This document shows, in pieces, positions 47,642 through 57,979 of a stretch of 64,000 nucleotides of DNA (the first letter of the stretch is position 1; each line of letters begins with the position of its first letter). The notes below the pieces were generated by a model. It saw nothing but the letters and a program-made list of their open reading frames with translations. It was not told where the DNA came from and ran no database searches. The position numbers and the translations under genes are program-made. The DNA comes from a virus. The stretch lies in IMG/VR virus record IMGVR_UViG_3300014835_000073. One strand, 5' to 3'.

Positions 47642-48721
47642 ATGGCGACTAAGACATTTGATTTGACAAAATTTCGAAAAACTCTTACTAAAAGTATTGA
47701 TGGATTGGGTGTTGGATTCAATGATCCAACCGATTGGGTCAGCACTGGTAATTATGCGTTAAATTACTTAATTAGTTCAGATTTTAATAAAGGTATTCCA
47801 CTTGGTAAGGTTACCGTTTTTGCTGGTGAATCAGGTAGTGGTAAAAGTTTTATTTGCGCCGGTAATATTATTAAAAATGCACAAGAGCAAGGTATTTTTG
47901 TAGTTCTGGTGGATTCTGAAAATGCGTTAGATAAAGCTTGGTTAGAGGCACTTGGTGTAAACACCGCAGAGGATCAATTACTTAAACTTAACATGGCAAT
48001 GATTGATGATGTAGCTAAGACCATTAGTGAATTTATGAAAGAATATAAATTAATGCCCGATGAAAATAGACCAAAGGTGTTATTTGTGATTGATTCACTG
48101 GGTATGCTATTGACACCAACAGACGTTAATCAATTTGAAGCTGGTGATATGAAAGGTGACATGGGTCGCAAACCAAAAGCATTAACTTCATTGGTTCGTA
48201 ATTGTGTTAATATGTTTGGTAGTTATAATGTAGGTATGGTATGTACAAATCATACCTATGCTAGTCAAGATATGTTTGACCCAGATGATAAAATTTCAGG
48301 TGGGCAAGGATTTGTATATGCATCAAGTATTGTAGTTGCTATGAAGAAGCTTAAGCTTAAAGAAGATCTGGATGGTAATAAAACTAGTTCGGTTAATGGA
48401 ATCCGTTCTGCTTGTAAAATTATGAAAACTAGATATGCTAAACCTTTCGAAAGCGTTCAAGTAAAGATTCCATACACAACTGGAATGAGTCCGTTTTCTG
48501 GGTTGGTGGAAGTGTTTGAGCATAAAGGTTTATTGAAAAAAGATGGCAATAGTTTACGGTATGATTCAGCTGATGGTACGTCCATTAAACAATTTCGTAA
48601 GGCTTGGGAACGCAATGATAATGAAACACTAGAAAAAATTATGTTGGAATTAGCCAACGGTACAGCAAATATTGCTGTAACTGATATTAACGTAACCGAG
48701 GAAGATGACTATGCTGAATGA
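47642..48721 (+). CDS. uvsX: RecA/UvsX recombinase
   Basis: GESGSGKS Walker A; VDSENALD; IDSLG; NHTY; GG.G..YASS. Confidence 0.92.
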   Translation: MATKTFDLTKFRKTLTKSIDGLGVGFNDPTDWVSTGNYALNYLISSDFNKGIPLGKVTVFAGESGSGKSFICAGNIIKNAQEQGIFVVLVDSENALDKAWLEALGVNTAEDQLLKLNMAMIDDVAKTISEFMKEYKLMPDENRPKVLFVIDSLGMLLTPTDVNQFEAGDMKGDMGRKPKALTSLVRNCVNMFGSYNVGMVCTNHTYASQDMFDPDDKISGGQGFVYASSIVVAMKKLKLKEDLDGNKTSSVNGIRSACKIMKTRYAKPFESVQVKIPYTTGMSPFSGLVEVFEHKGLLKKDGNSLRYDSADGTSIKQFRKAWERNDNETLEKIMLELANGTANIAVTDINVTEEDDYAE

Positions 48722-48947
48722 AACCCAGATTGGCGATTTTTGGTTATTATTTTCTGATTATATCGATAAGAAACAAGTTGAAGATGTTGCTGAACGGTAT
48801 GTTGAATTATTGGCAGATTATGGAGTGCGGGAAAGAGTATTGCAAGGGGCAATCGGGTCAGATCCAGTACTAGACCAAGCTATCACGTATTATCTTGATG
48901 AGGATGATGATACTGACGATGACGAAATTGAAGATTTGCAATTCTGA
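48711..48947 (+). CDS. hypothetical protein with acidic tail
   Basis: Overlaps uvsX stop and uvsY start. Confidence 0.6.
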   Translation: MLNETQIGDFWLLFSDYIDKKQVEDVAERYVELLADYGVRERVLQGAIGSDPVLDQAITYYLDEDDDTDDDEIEDLQF

Positions 48948-49402
48948 TGAGTTGGTATTCTGATGTAGCTAATGATATAACTAAAATCCCTGCTAGCATT
49001 TCATTTTTTGAAGTTGAATTAATTCAAGCAAAATATGAATGTAAAATTACTGGCAACATTGAACGAGCCACAGCGGCTATGCCAGGTATAGTAGAACATC
49101 GGTATTCACAGCTTCAAGAAATTGACGCAATTTTAGAATACCTTAATATTGAGCATCGCCGATTAAAAAGTCATCATTTTAGAAAATATCTAGAACATTA
49201 TCAACGTGCTTTAAGTAGTCGTGATTGTGAAAAATATATCGAAGGTGAGGCAGATGTTGTCGATTTTGAAAAAATGATTAATGAATACGCACTTCTTCGA
49301 AATAAATGGCTGGGTGTTAGCAAAGCACTAGACCAAAAATCATATGCGTTAAGCAATATTATTCGCTTACGCTGCGCTGGCCTAGAAGATAGCGTTCTTT
49401 AA
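48947..49402 (+). CDS. uvsY: recombination mediator UvsY-like
   Basis: FRKYLEHY.RAL…EKYIEGE…LLRNKWLG..KALDQK; position after UvsX. Confidence 0.75.
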   Translation: MSWYSDVANDITKIPASISFFEVELIQAKYECKITGNIERATAAMPGIVEHRYSQLQEIDAILEYLNIEHRRLKSHHFRKYLEHYQRALSSRDCEKYIEGEADVVDFEKMINEYALLRNKWLGVSKALDQKSYALSNIIRLRCAGLEDSVL

Positions 49403-49420
49403 CTTTTACTAGTTTTCAAC

Positions 49421-49447
49421 GGATGGTAGGTATAATGCCTACCATCC
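49421..49447. terminator. stem-loop after uvsY
   Basis: GGATGGTAGG-TATAATG-CCTACCATCC. Confidence 0.6.
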
Positions 49448-49462
49448 ATTATTGGTGATTCC

Positions 49463-50350
49463 ATGAAATATAATTCAAATGATGTATATATTGTTGATGA
49501 GATTATCCATGTGTCAGTTATCTACAAGAAATCATTGAGTATCAAATTAAATAAACTTTGTGATATGCGTGTACTACGAATGGTTCATGAAAATGACTCG
49601 TATGTTGCCAAATTAACTGAGGAAAATATTGTTATTATTTTAGATGCTATTAAATCTTATAAATTTAATATTTCTGATAATTTACAGCAATACTACGCTA
49701 TAATTAAATCCTGGGACAAAGATACTATTATTAATCAGTTGTGTATTAATAATAATGTGCGTAATTACATCGAATCTGAAAGTAATACTGCGCTTACCGC
49801 ACTTATTGAATCAGACCGCAGTACTAGGTATCAATACACTAGTAATGTATTGCATGATGCCACATTAACTGGTATGATAGCCAATAGGACACATGCTAGA
49901 ATATGGGTAGATGATGCCATTCACTCAATTGGTGATATTATCACTTCGTTGATTGAATTACGGCGTTTGCCAATATTATTTATATTTGATACTAGGCACC
50001 CGTGTCATATGTTACTTGCAAATTTACAACAATTAGCTATTGCATTTGGTGAAAATAATATCAATAACATTGGAATATATGTTACTTTACCCAGGTCAGC
50101 AATAGGTGATGAATTTAATAATTTAATTGTTAATAACCAATATGATAAATCATTAAGTTCTGCGACCGAGGTAGCTGGTATAACCCATGATAAATTGCCG
50201 ACATTCTTTCTTATGAATGATTGGGCGCCAATGAGTGTTGTGTCATTTGCCAAATTGCGACATAGTACATCAGCTATATATGCTTCGCAATGTGACTTGG
50301 TGATAACATATTCAGATTGCGAGCAATTAATTTCACCAACAATTTATTAA
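49463..50350 (+). CDS. hypothetical protein
   Basis: 295-aa ORF. Confidence 0.6.
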   Translation: MKYNSNDVYIVDEIIHVSVIYKKSLSIKLNKLCDMRVLRMVHENDSYVAKLTEENIVIILDAIKSYKFNISDNLQQYYAIIKSWDKDTIINQLCINNNVRNYIESESNTALTALIESDRSTRYQYTSNVLHDATLTGMIANRTHARIWVDDAIHSIGDIITSLIELRRLPILFIFDTRHPCHMLLANLQQLAIAFGENNINNIGIYVTLPRSAIGDEFNNLIVNNQYDKSLSSATEVAGITHDKLPTFFLMNDWAPMSVVSFAKLRHSTSAIYASQCDLVITYSDCEQLISPTIY

Positions 50351-50367
50351 TATCAGAGAGATAATTT

Positions 50368-51831
50368 ATGACAGTGCGATTAGTTATTAGTGATGAGGTA
50401 AACATCAAGTTAGAAAATTTACCATTGGACGCAAGAAAAAAACTAGCAGCTACTTTTAAGTATGAAATTCCATATGCAAAATATCAACCAGCATTTAAAC
50501 TTGGCCGTTGGGATGGTATGGTAAGTTTATTTGGGATAGGTGGTAATGGGTATTTGAGTCAGTTAGAAAAAATACTAGCAATCCTCGATAATATGGGGAT
50601 AACTATTGGTGATGTTGATGATAAACGTATTCCAATCACATTGGCATTTGATAAGGTTACTGAGTCATATTGGGCCGATCGTGGTAATGTATGGCCAGTT
50701 GGGCATCCGGCTGCTGGTGAACCTATTATGTTACGAGATTATCAAGTTGCTGCCATCAATACATTTTTTGAAAATCCACAAAGTTTGCAGTCATTGCCAA
50801 CTGGGTCAGGTAAAACTATTACGATAGCGACTATGGTAAAACAATGTGAAAAATTTGGCCGAACTATTACTATTGTGCCAAATAAATCATTAGTTGAACA
50901 AACTGAAGAAGATTTTGTTAATTGCCAATTGGATGTTGGTGTATATTATGGAGATCGAAAAGATTTATATAAAACACATACGATTTGTACATGGCAAAGT
51001 TTAAATATTTTTGATAAAAAAAGTAAAAATAGTGAAACTGATATATTGACATTGGCTGAGTTTTTAGAAGATGTAAAAACTGTAATAATTGATGAATGTC
51101 ATGTAGCAAAAGCCGAAGTACTGCGGAGTTTATTGACCCAAAATTTAAAAAATGCCCCAGTTAGATGGGGCTTGACCGGTACGATTCCAAAAGAAGCTTA
51201 CGAATATGAAAGTATTTTTGCAAGTTTAGGCCCGGTGGTGGGAAAATTAGAAGCTAGTGATTTGCAAGATATGGGTGTACTGTCTAGTTGTCATGTTAAT
51301 GTTATACAATTAATTGATGTATTGGCATTTAAATCATACCCGGATGAATTGGCGTACTTAGTTACCAATGCCGACCGCATGAAATATATTAGTAAATTAA
51401 TTTCCACTATATCGGAAAGTGGCAATACCTTGGTGTTGGTTAATCGCATTGATTCCGGTAATGCGATAGTTGACGCAATACCCGGTTCAGTATTCATTTC
51501 AGGTAAGATAAAAACTAAAGATAGAAAATCAGAATATGACCAAGTTAGTACCAGTACTGATAAAATCATTGTTGCAACTTATGGAGTAGCTGCTGTTGGG
51601 TTAAATATTGTTCGAATTAATAATCTTATATTATTAGAACCTGGGAAAAGTTTTACTAGGGTGATACAGAGTATTGGTCGTGGCTTACGTAAAGGATTCG
51701 ATAAAGAATCGGTTGAAATTTATGATATCACTTCGACCTGTAAATTTTCAAAACGGCATTTAACAGCAAGAAAGAAATATTACGACGAAGTTAAGTATCC
51801 ATATACAATAAAAAAGGTCGATTGGAAGTGA
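50368..51831 (+). CDS. uvsW: SF2 DNA helicase (UvsW-like)
   Basis: LRDYQ, PTGSGKT, DECH, GLTGT, QSIGRGLR. Confidence 0.9.
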   Translation: MTVRLVISDEVNIKLENLPLDARKKLAATFKYEIPYAKYQPAFKLGRWDGMVSLFGIGGNGYLSQLEKILAILDNMGITIGDVDDKRIPITLAFDKVTESYWADRGNVWPVGHPAAGEPIMLRDYQVAAINTFFENPQSLQSLPTGSGKTITIATMVKQCEKFGRTITIVPNKSLVEQTEEDFVNCQLDVGVYYGDRKDLYKTHTICTWQSLNIFDKKSKNSETDILTLAEFLEDVKTVIIDECHVAKAEVLRSLLTQNLKNAPVRWGLTGTIPKEAYEYESIFASLGPVVGKLEASDLQDMGVLSSCHVNVIQLIDVLAFKSYPDELAYLVTNADRMKYISKLISTISESGNTLVLVNRIDSGNAIVDAIPGSVFISGKIKTKDRKSEYDQVSTSTDKIIVATYGVAAVGLNIVRINNLILLEPGKSFTRVIQSIGRGLRKGFDKESVEIYDITSTCKFSKRHLTARKKYYDEVKYPYTIKKVDWK

Positions 51832-51931
51832 GTAAACGCTATTGTTAGCTATCTGGGGATATAACAAGAACTTGATTAATTTTTTTACTATTTGCTAAAT
51901 TTACAATATACGATACTTATAGGGAGCATTC

Positions 51932-52438
51932 ATGAATATATTAACGCTTGACAATACTACTTTTTCATTAAATAATCTACCAATGGAAGTTGCCGATACT
52001 ACGCGATTTTCAATTTTGGACAATAGCAACCCGCAAGATCCAGATTTTTTCTTTATACCGTTGGTGTATATGGAATCATTTAATGCTCCTGCTATTGTTT
52101 TACGAATTGGCGATGATGAAGTGACGATGCCATTAGATTGGTGTATTGCGGTTGGTGATAGTAGCAGTGCTACTAATATTGAAATATTACCAATGACAAG
52201 CCTCAATGATAGGGGATTTGAAGCATTTATCTTCAATCCAATCAGTTCATTTCGGTTAGAATTTAGACCAATAGAAATTATAAATTTTTATCATGATGTA
52301 AAATGGTATTTCCCCAAAATGAAAAATGGTCATTTATTAGCAACTCCATTGAATGACAAACCGCAGCCAGCTTGTGCTTACTTTGTAAAAGAGGTATCTC
52401 GCCAATGTGAACTGATTCACTTAGATAAATTAATTTAA
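51932..52438 (+). CDS. hypothetical protein
   Basis: 168-aa ORF, GGGAG RBS. Confidence 0.65.
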   Translation: MNILTLDNTTFSLNNLPMEVADTTRFSILDNSNPQDPDFFFIPLVYMESFNAPAIVLRIGDDEVTMPLDWCIAVGDSSSATNIEILPMTSLNDRGFEAFIFNPISSFRLEFRPIEIINFYHDVKWYFPKMKNGHLLATPLNDKPQPACAYFVKEVSRQCELIHLDKLI

Positions 52439-52449
52439 GGTAACTATAT

Positions 52450-53073
52450 ATGACGTTTAAAACTGCTCATTTTTCACCTGTTTCTATTTCAGTAAGTCAA
52501 GTGCCGCCTGTTGAATTTAGTAAATTGTATAATTTAGTAGAAGCATTTCACCAACATCCAGATATATATCAAACTAGTATGTCAGGTAATTTAAAAGGTG
52601 GAACTCAATTACAGATATATCCATGTGCAATTGATTTAGATATACCTTGGTTATTATCTTGGATAACCGGCATGTGTCAGGAATATATGGATATAATTGC
52701 CGCACAATCAGAAGTTAACGATTTAACTTATTGCCACCCAGTTATTACCAATATAAGCACTATTAGACAATGGTCTGGTGGATATCAAGCCATGCACACC
52801 CACGTCGGCAATATCAGTGGGAATATATATATCAGTATGCCTGTTATTAATCATACGCATGATACAGATGGGCAAATTGAATTTAGAATGCCAACTACTA
52901 AAGATATTGGTAAATTTATAATGACTGATAACTGGCGAACTATGCCAGCACCAGCTGCATGCGTGATATTTCCAAGTTACATCCCGCATACCGTATATCC
53001 TTGGACGGGTGCCGGGCATCGTACCGTGGTATCATTTGATGCAATTTTAGTTGCTAATACTACTGATTTTTAA
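52450..53073 (+). CDS. putative 2OG-Fe(II) oxygenase
   Basis: MHTH…ISGNIY…FPSYIPHTVYP…RTVVSFD. Confidence 0.75.
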   Translation: MTFKTAHFSPVSISVSQVPPVEFSKLYNLVEAFHQHPDIYQTSMSGNLKGGTQLQIYPCAIDLDIPWLLSWITGMCQEYMDIIAAQSEVNDLTYCHPVITNISTIRQWSGGYQAMHTHVGNISGNIYISMPVINHTHDTDGQIEFRMPTTKDIGKFIMTDNWRTMPAPAACVIFPSYIPHTVYPWTGAGHRTVVSFDAILVANTTDF

Positions 53074-53087
53074 TTGGGGGATATGAT

Positions 53088-53570
53088 ATGACTGACAAAT
53101 TACAATTGCGCGAGATACTATCTGCTGTAGATATGAATGTCCGGGAATTATGGGATGCAGCTGGTGAATCTCAGCAAAAAGTTATTAAAGGTGATTTATT
53201 TAGACTTAATCGATATATCAGTAATGTTCAACGTGGGAATCGTGAACTAAAAGAACATTTTGTCCTAACGGTTAATGAATATTTTAACAAAGATTGGGCT
53301 ACTATTCAAAAGCATCCAAAGTTATTATGGTTATTATTATGCATGTGTAGTTATGATGGTAAAACAGTCTACTATCATGAATGGATTGGTAATAGTAAAA
53401 AAAATACTACCAATAATAAGAAACTGAAATTTTTAGCTGAAATGTACCCAAGTAAGAAAATGAGTGAGATTGATTTATTGACACTATTAATGCCAGATGC
53501 CGAATTCAAATTACTTGCGTTGGAGCATGGGATGACCACTGTTGAAATTAAAAATTTATTAAAAAAATGA
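53088..53570 (+). CDS. probable clamp-loader small subunit (gp62-like)
   Basis: L..ILSAVD…NRYIS…HPKLLWLLLC pattern; replication context. Confidence 0.5.
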   Translation: MTDKLQLREILSAVDMNVRELWDAAGESQQKVIKGDLFRLNRYISNVQRGNRELKEHFVLTVNEYFNKDWATIQKHPKLLWLLLCMCSYDGKTVYYHEWIGNSKKNTTNNKKLKFLAEMYPSKKMSEIDLLTLLMPDAEFKLLALEHGMTTVEIKNLLKK

Positions 53571-54262
53571 TGGCACTAGTAACTACCGCACCTTATGTCT
53601 GTCAATATTGTAATCATGGCTATACTCGGCATACTACGTTAATAACTCATGTATGTGAACAAAAACGCCGAGCTATTGCAGTTCAAGAAAAGCATGTGAT
53701 TATAGCGTTTGATGCCTTTAATAAATTTTATAAATCAACCAATCCTGGCACACACGATAAAACTTATGCTGATTTTTGTAAAAGTCCATATTATAATGGT
53801 TTTGTAAAGTTTGGCAGTTTCGTTAATAATGTTAAACCAATGTACCCATATAAATTTATTGATTATGTGATAAAAAGTGGAGTTAAGTTAGATCATTGGT
53901 CTCGTGACGCATTGTATGATAAGTATGTAGTTGACCTTCTACGAACTGAAAATGTAGTAACCGCACTTGAAAGAAGTGTTACCCATATGGTAGAATGGGC
54001 AGATGCTAATAATTCAGTATGGGACAATTATTTTTTAGAAGTAAGTTTATCTAGGGCGACCTACGATATTAAAGATGGTAAAATCAGTCCTTGGCTAATT
54101 TTAAATTCATCATCTGGTAAAGCATTATTACAACGATTCAGTGATGAACAATTAAACGCAATTCGTTTTGCCATTGACCCACCTTTTTGGTTGGCTAGAT
54201 TTAAACGAATATCGGTAGATATCGACTTAGTCAAGCAGGTGATTACTGAATCATCGTTGTAA
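53567..54262 (+). CDS. hypothetical protein with N-terminal C2H2-like zinc finger
   Basis: CQYC…H.C motif. Confidence 0.6.
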   Translation: MMALVTTAPYVCQYCNHGYTRHTTLITHVCEQKRRAIAVQEKHVIIAFDAFNKFYKSTNPGTHDKTYADFCKSPYYNGFVKFGSFVNNVKPMYPYKFIDYVIKSGVKLDHWSRDALYDKYVVDLLRTENVVTALERSVTHMVEWADANNSVWDNYFLEVSLSRATYDIKDGKISPWLILNSSSGKALLQRFSDEQLNAIRFAIDPPFWLARFKRISVDIDLVKQVITESSL

Positions 54263-54308
54263 GAACTAACTCATTGCAACACCACAAAAACACAACCGGA
54301 ATGATTAT

Positions 54309-54443
54309 ATGAATAACAACATTAAACAGGCATATGAAAAAGGTTTCATTGAAGGTTATCAAAAAGCATTAGCTGATTTGCTGATGGATGCTTTACACGT
54401 GGAGGCACTACTACTTAACTCAGCACGGGATAGAAATAAATGA
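54309..54443 (+). CDS. small hypothetical protein (44 aa)
   Basis: MNNNIKQAYEKGFIEGYQKAL…; below the ORF-track cut-off. Confidence 0.4.
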   Translation: MNNNIKQAYEKGFIEGYQKALADLLMDALHVEALLLNSARDRNK

Positions 54444-54467
54444 CCAATGAATTAGTGGATTATATGT

Positions 54468-55061
54468 ATGCATAGGCCAGATATTGACATAGATTTCGCC
54501 GATAGAAAGTTAGCATTGGCGCAATTTAAACATATAATAGCTTCACGAACTACTGCCACGGGGTTAGTTGTTCATAATTCTGGGGTATATGTTCATCAAA
54601 TACCCCATGATCCACTTGCTAATTTAAGTACAATTGATTACAAAGATGCGGAAGACCGTGGATATTTTAAACTTGATTTTTTAAATGTTCATGTATATAA
54701 TGGCGTTAAGGATAATGACCATTTATTAAAACTAATGGAGATTGAACCAATATGGGAACTATTGCTACAAGACGATTTTACGAATCTACTATTTCATTTA
54801 AACGGGCATGGCGATATTCTGAGACAGACCCAACCGACTTCGGTGGTACAATTAGCTGCAGTCCTATCAATGATTCGACCAGCAAAACGGTATCTAATTG
54901 GGAAAGATTGGAATACAGTGATGAACGAGATCTGGAACGAACCTATCGTTAGTCAGGGGTATTTTTTTAAACGGTCCCATTCTCATAGTTACGCAATGGC
55001 TATCGTTGTACACATGAATTTGTTGTGTGAACAGATAGAATCCGGTGTATTAAAAATATAG
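54468..55061 (+). CDS. miniature DNA polymerase III alpha-like (C-family) protein
   Basis: PDIDID, HNSGV, KLDFL, IRP and YFFKRSHS..YA motifs in 197 aa. Confidence 0.8.
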   Translation: MHRPDIDIDFADRKLALAQFKHIIASRTTATGLVVHNSGVYVHQIPHDPLANLSTIDYKDAEDRGYFKLDFLNVHVYNGVKDNDHLLKLMEIEPIWELLLQDDFTNLLFHLNGHGDILRQTQPTSVVQLAAVLSMIRPAKRYLIGKDWNTVMNEIWNEPIVSQGYFFKRSHSHSYAMAIVVHMNLLCEQIESGVLKI

Positions 55062-55104
55062 CGTGTGATTTTTTAAATTAGTATCAATAACATTAGCAGA
55101 ATTA

Positions 55105-55479
55105 TTACTTCGTATTTCTAACTAACGTAATTGATGTCCGTTTGACTCGTTTTGTATTTAGCGTCATTAAATTAACTATTGGTCCTAGTATTAAACGAGT
55201 ATCCTTGCTATTAAATGTCTTTATAGTATGTCGGTAAGGGACCAATTGAAATTTACAAAAAATAGAAATTGGAAATTGACGATTGGATTCCCACCACCAA
55301 ATTTCACCAATCTCTAAAAATAATGTTTTTTCTTCGGCAGTTTTGATAGCATTGTAATCGTAAAAACTTGTTACATATTGATCTTGGTTAATTATTATCC
55401 CAATGTATTCATTGCCGCCATATGTTAATACGCTTATGAATGGGAAATTATGTTCTATGTTATTTCTTAAATTTGTCAT
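55105..55479 (-). CDS. hypothetical protein
   Basis: FPF…Y…EYIGIIIN…WWWESNR.FPI. Confidence 0.65.
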   Translation of the reverse strand: MTNLRNNIEHNFPFISVLTYGGNEYIGIIINQDQYVTSFYDYNAIKTAEEKTLFLEIGEIWWWESNRQFPISIFCKFQLVPYRHTIKTFNSKDTRLILGPIVNLMTLNTKRVKRTSITLVRNTK

Positions 55480-55577
55480 GTGTAAGTGATTTCATTGAAG
55501 TATTTAGCATACAACATCATGATAAATATATTAATCAGATAGTTGACAACTATCATACATCAACAGGATTTTGCCAT

Positions 55578-56660
55578 ATGCAAAAAATATCAAGTTATTT
55601 ATACCCAAATAGAATCGAGCTACTTGCCGACCTACCTGGATTCACCGTGGAGTTTACAAACGTGTATCAAAGAAATATAAAAATATATAACGGGATAGAT
55701 AATACCATCGAATTTGATATTAAAAACCCAGACCAAAAACGTATCGATTTATCAACTATAAGTAATTTATCATTGAATATTATGGATTCAGCTGGTAATG
55801 GCTTGCCAAATAGTCCATACTCGATACTAGCTACTTCACTTAAAGGTATTGGTGTGGTAACTATTCCACAAGAAGATTTGGATACGTTGACATCACAATA
55901 CCTTCGCTATAGCGTAAGTGCGGTGAAAGATAATAAAGATTTTATGCTATATGCTGATGCTAAATTCGGTGCAGTGGGTACTATTGAATTAATTGGTGAT
56001 GCTATGCCAATCTTTCGTGATGAACGAATTTATAAAGATTTTGTTGCTGAAATTGATTTACATGGTAACCCAATATACCATTCAAGTTCCATTCCAGTTA
56101 AATTTTATGAAGCAGTTCCAACTGAAGTAGTATCATTTGACATACATGTAACTAATTTCGCCGGTACAGTGTGGCTAGATGCTACTAAACATGATACTAT
56201 TACAGTTGAATCATTTAAGATCGCTGGTAAACCATTTGGTTCTTGGACAAATCGCCCCATTGACGGGTTATATACTGGGGTGATACCTTATGCTACTACT
56301 ATCCCAGTTGGTGAATATTCTTATTTTAGAGTATCATACCAAGCAACGTCGCTTACTGGAATAGGTGCAACATTTGACATTCGCCGCCTAAATGATAGTT
56401 ATTATGTCACTATCCGAAATAGTGGCACTAGTTATATGATTGGTTCATTGATAAAAGTACCAGGCAGTCAATTAGCAGGTGTCGATGGCGTAAATGATGT
56501 GATTATTGTCGTTACTGGCGTTGAAGGAATGGGATCTACTTATTCGATGGGATCAATTGCTGGCATTAGTTGGAGTGGAATTGCAATACCTGGCGATAGC
56601 ACCGATGTCGTGTCTGGTATTAATTATTCTGGAATACTTGACAGTGTAACGGTTATGTAG
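55578..56660 (+). CDS. hypothetical protein, probably virion-associated
   Basis: Start MQKISSYLYPN after ATAAATA 55522-55528. Confidence 0.6.
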   Translation: MQKISSYLYPNRIELLADLPGFTVEFTNVYQRNIKIYNGIDNTIEFDIKNPDQKRIDLSTISNLSLNIMDSAGNGLPNSPYSILATSLKGIGVVTIPQEDLDTLTSQYLRYSVSAVKDNKDFMLYADAKFGAVGTIELIGDAMPIFRDERIYKDFVAEIDLHGNPIYHSSSIPVKFYEAVPTEVVSFDIHVTNFAGTVWLDATKHDTITVESFKIAGKPFGSWTNRPIDGLYTGVIPYATTIPVGEYSYFRVSYQATSLTGIGATFDIRRLNDSYYVTIRNSGTSYMIGSLIKVPGSQLAGVDGVNDVIIVVTGVEGMGSTYSMGSIAGISWSGIAIPGDSTDVVSGINYSGILDSVTVM

Positions 56661-56666
56661 TACAAT
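56638..56666 (+). promoter_or_regulatory. sigma70-type promoter
   Basis: TTGACA-17-TACAAT upstream of the primase. Confidence 0.65.
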
Positions 56667-56688
56667 ATATTAATTAGTAAGGAGGTGT

Positions 56689-57663
56689 ATGTTAATTCCT
56701 ACGATAATACATGAATATTGGATATCTGGTAGAAAAACTAAAAAGACACCATCTGGCTGGATTTCCGGCAATGCTCCATGTTGTGCTGATAACAGACAAC
56801 GGGGTGGTCTGATACTAAATGGTGGAGATGCTATTAGTTTTTCTTGCTTTAATTGTGGATTTAAAGCTAGTTGGCAACCGGGTCGTCAATTGAGTAAGCA
56901 TATTAAAATTTTTATGCGACATCTTGGCATGAGTGATAGCGTGATATCCAAGTTGAGTTTAGAATCACTCAAATTATTAAGCGAACATAGTGCTGTGTAT
57001 GATGGATCAATCTTGCCTATGTTTGATATACGAGCATTGCCACTTGATGCCGTTCCAATACTTAGTCTATTGGATGAGCCACCAGTTAAGGTAATGCCAA
57101 TTGTTGACTATCTAGTGAATAGGCATTTGTATTTGGAAGATTATAATTTTTATTGGACTCCACGTCCTGGATTTAATAATCGACTAATTATACCATTCTA
57201 TCACCAAGGTAAAATAGTGGGATACACGGCAAGATCTGTTAATGACGCAAAGCCAAAGTATCTATCAGAACAACAACCAGGATACGTTTTTAATCTTGAT
57301 AAGCAACATGATTCTAGAAAATTTGTAATTATATGCGAAGGACCAATTGATGCGATAAGTATTGATGGGTGTGCTATAATGGGATCAGAAATAAAAGATA
57401 ATCAACATTGGTCATTGACACAACTAGGTAAAGAACTAGTGTTAGTGCCAGATAGAGATCATGAAGGTCCAAAGACCGTTGAACAAGCTTTGGAGCATGG
57501 CTGGTCAGTTAGTATGCCAGATTGGCCAACTGGCGTAAAAGATATCAATGATGCAGTTGTTAAACTTGGCAGACTTGCCACATTATGGCTAATAATTCAG
57601 ACAAAGCAAACTAATCCACTGAAAATTAGATTACGGGCTAAAAAATGGTTCAGAGAAATCTAA
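56689..57663 (+). CDS. DNA primase (gp61/DnaG-like)
   Basis: CC…CFNC zinc site; RLIIPF…GYTAR…KY; TOPRIM EGPIDA…D.D. Confidence 0.88.
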   Translation: MLIPTIIHEYWISGRKTKKTPSGWISGNAPCCADNRQRGGLILNGGDAISFSCFNCGFKASWQPGRQLSKHIKIFMRHLGMSDSVISKLSLESLKLLSEHSAVYDGSILPMFDIRALPLDAVPILSLLDEPPVKVMPIVDYLVNRHLYLEDYNFYWTPRPGFNNRLIIPFYHQGKIVGYTARSVNDAKPKYLSEQQPGYVFNLDKQHDSRKFVIICEGPIDAISIDGCAIMGSEIKDNQHWSLTQLGKELVLVPDRDHEGPKTVEQALEHGWSVSMPDWPTGVKDINDAVVKLGRLATLWLIIQTKQTNPLKIRLRAKKWFREI

Positions 57664-57711
57664 AAAAATAATTCTTCAATATAACAAACTGCCAAATAGG
57701 AGTAACATTGC

Positions 57712-57924
57712 ATGACATCAATTGACGAGAAATTAATAACCTGGCGTATACGATTTTGGAAAATGATATACCTGATGTTAGTGGCATGTTTGGTAGTTGG
57801 TATAATGACCGGTGTGATGGTATCCATGACAGTTGGTTTGGTAACTTATGCTATCTTAGTGGTAACTGGTATGGTATTATCAGTCATTAGACTATGCTAT
57901 GAAATGGATCAATCATCTAGTTAA
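57712..57924 (+). CDS. small membrane protein
   Basis: Two hydrophobic stretches; AGGAG RBS. Confidence 0.55.
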   Translation: MTSIDEKLITWRIRFWKMIYLMLVACLVVGIMTGVMVSMTVGLVTYAILVVTGMVLSVIRLCYEMDQSSS

Positions 57925-57979
57925 CTGATGTAACAATAGCTATACAATTAAAACCCTTATAATTAATCTGGAGTGTTAC

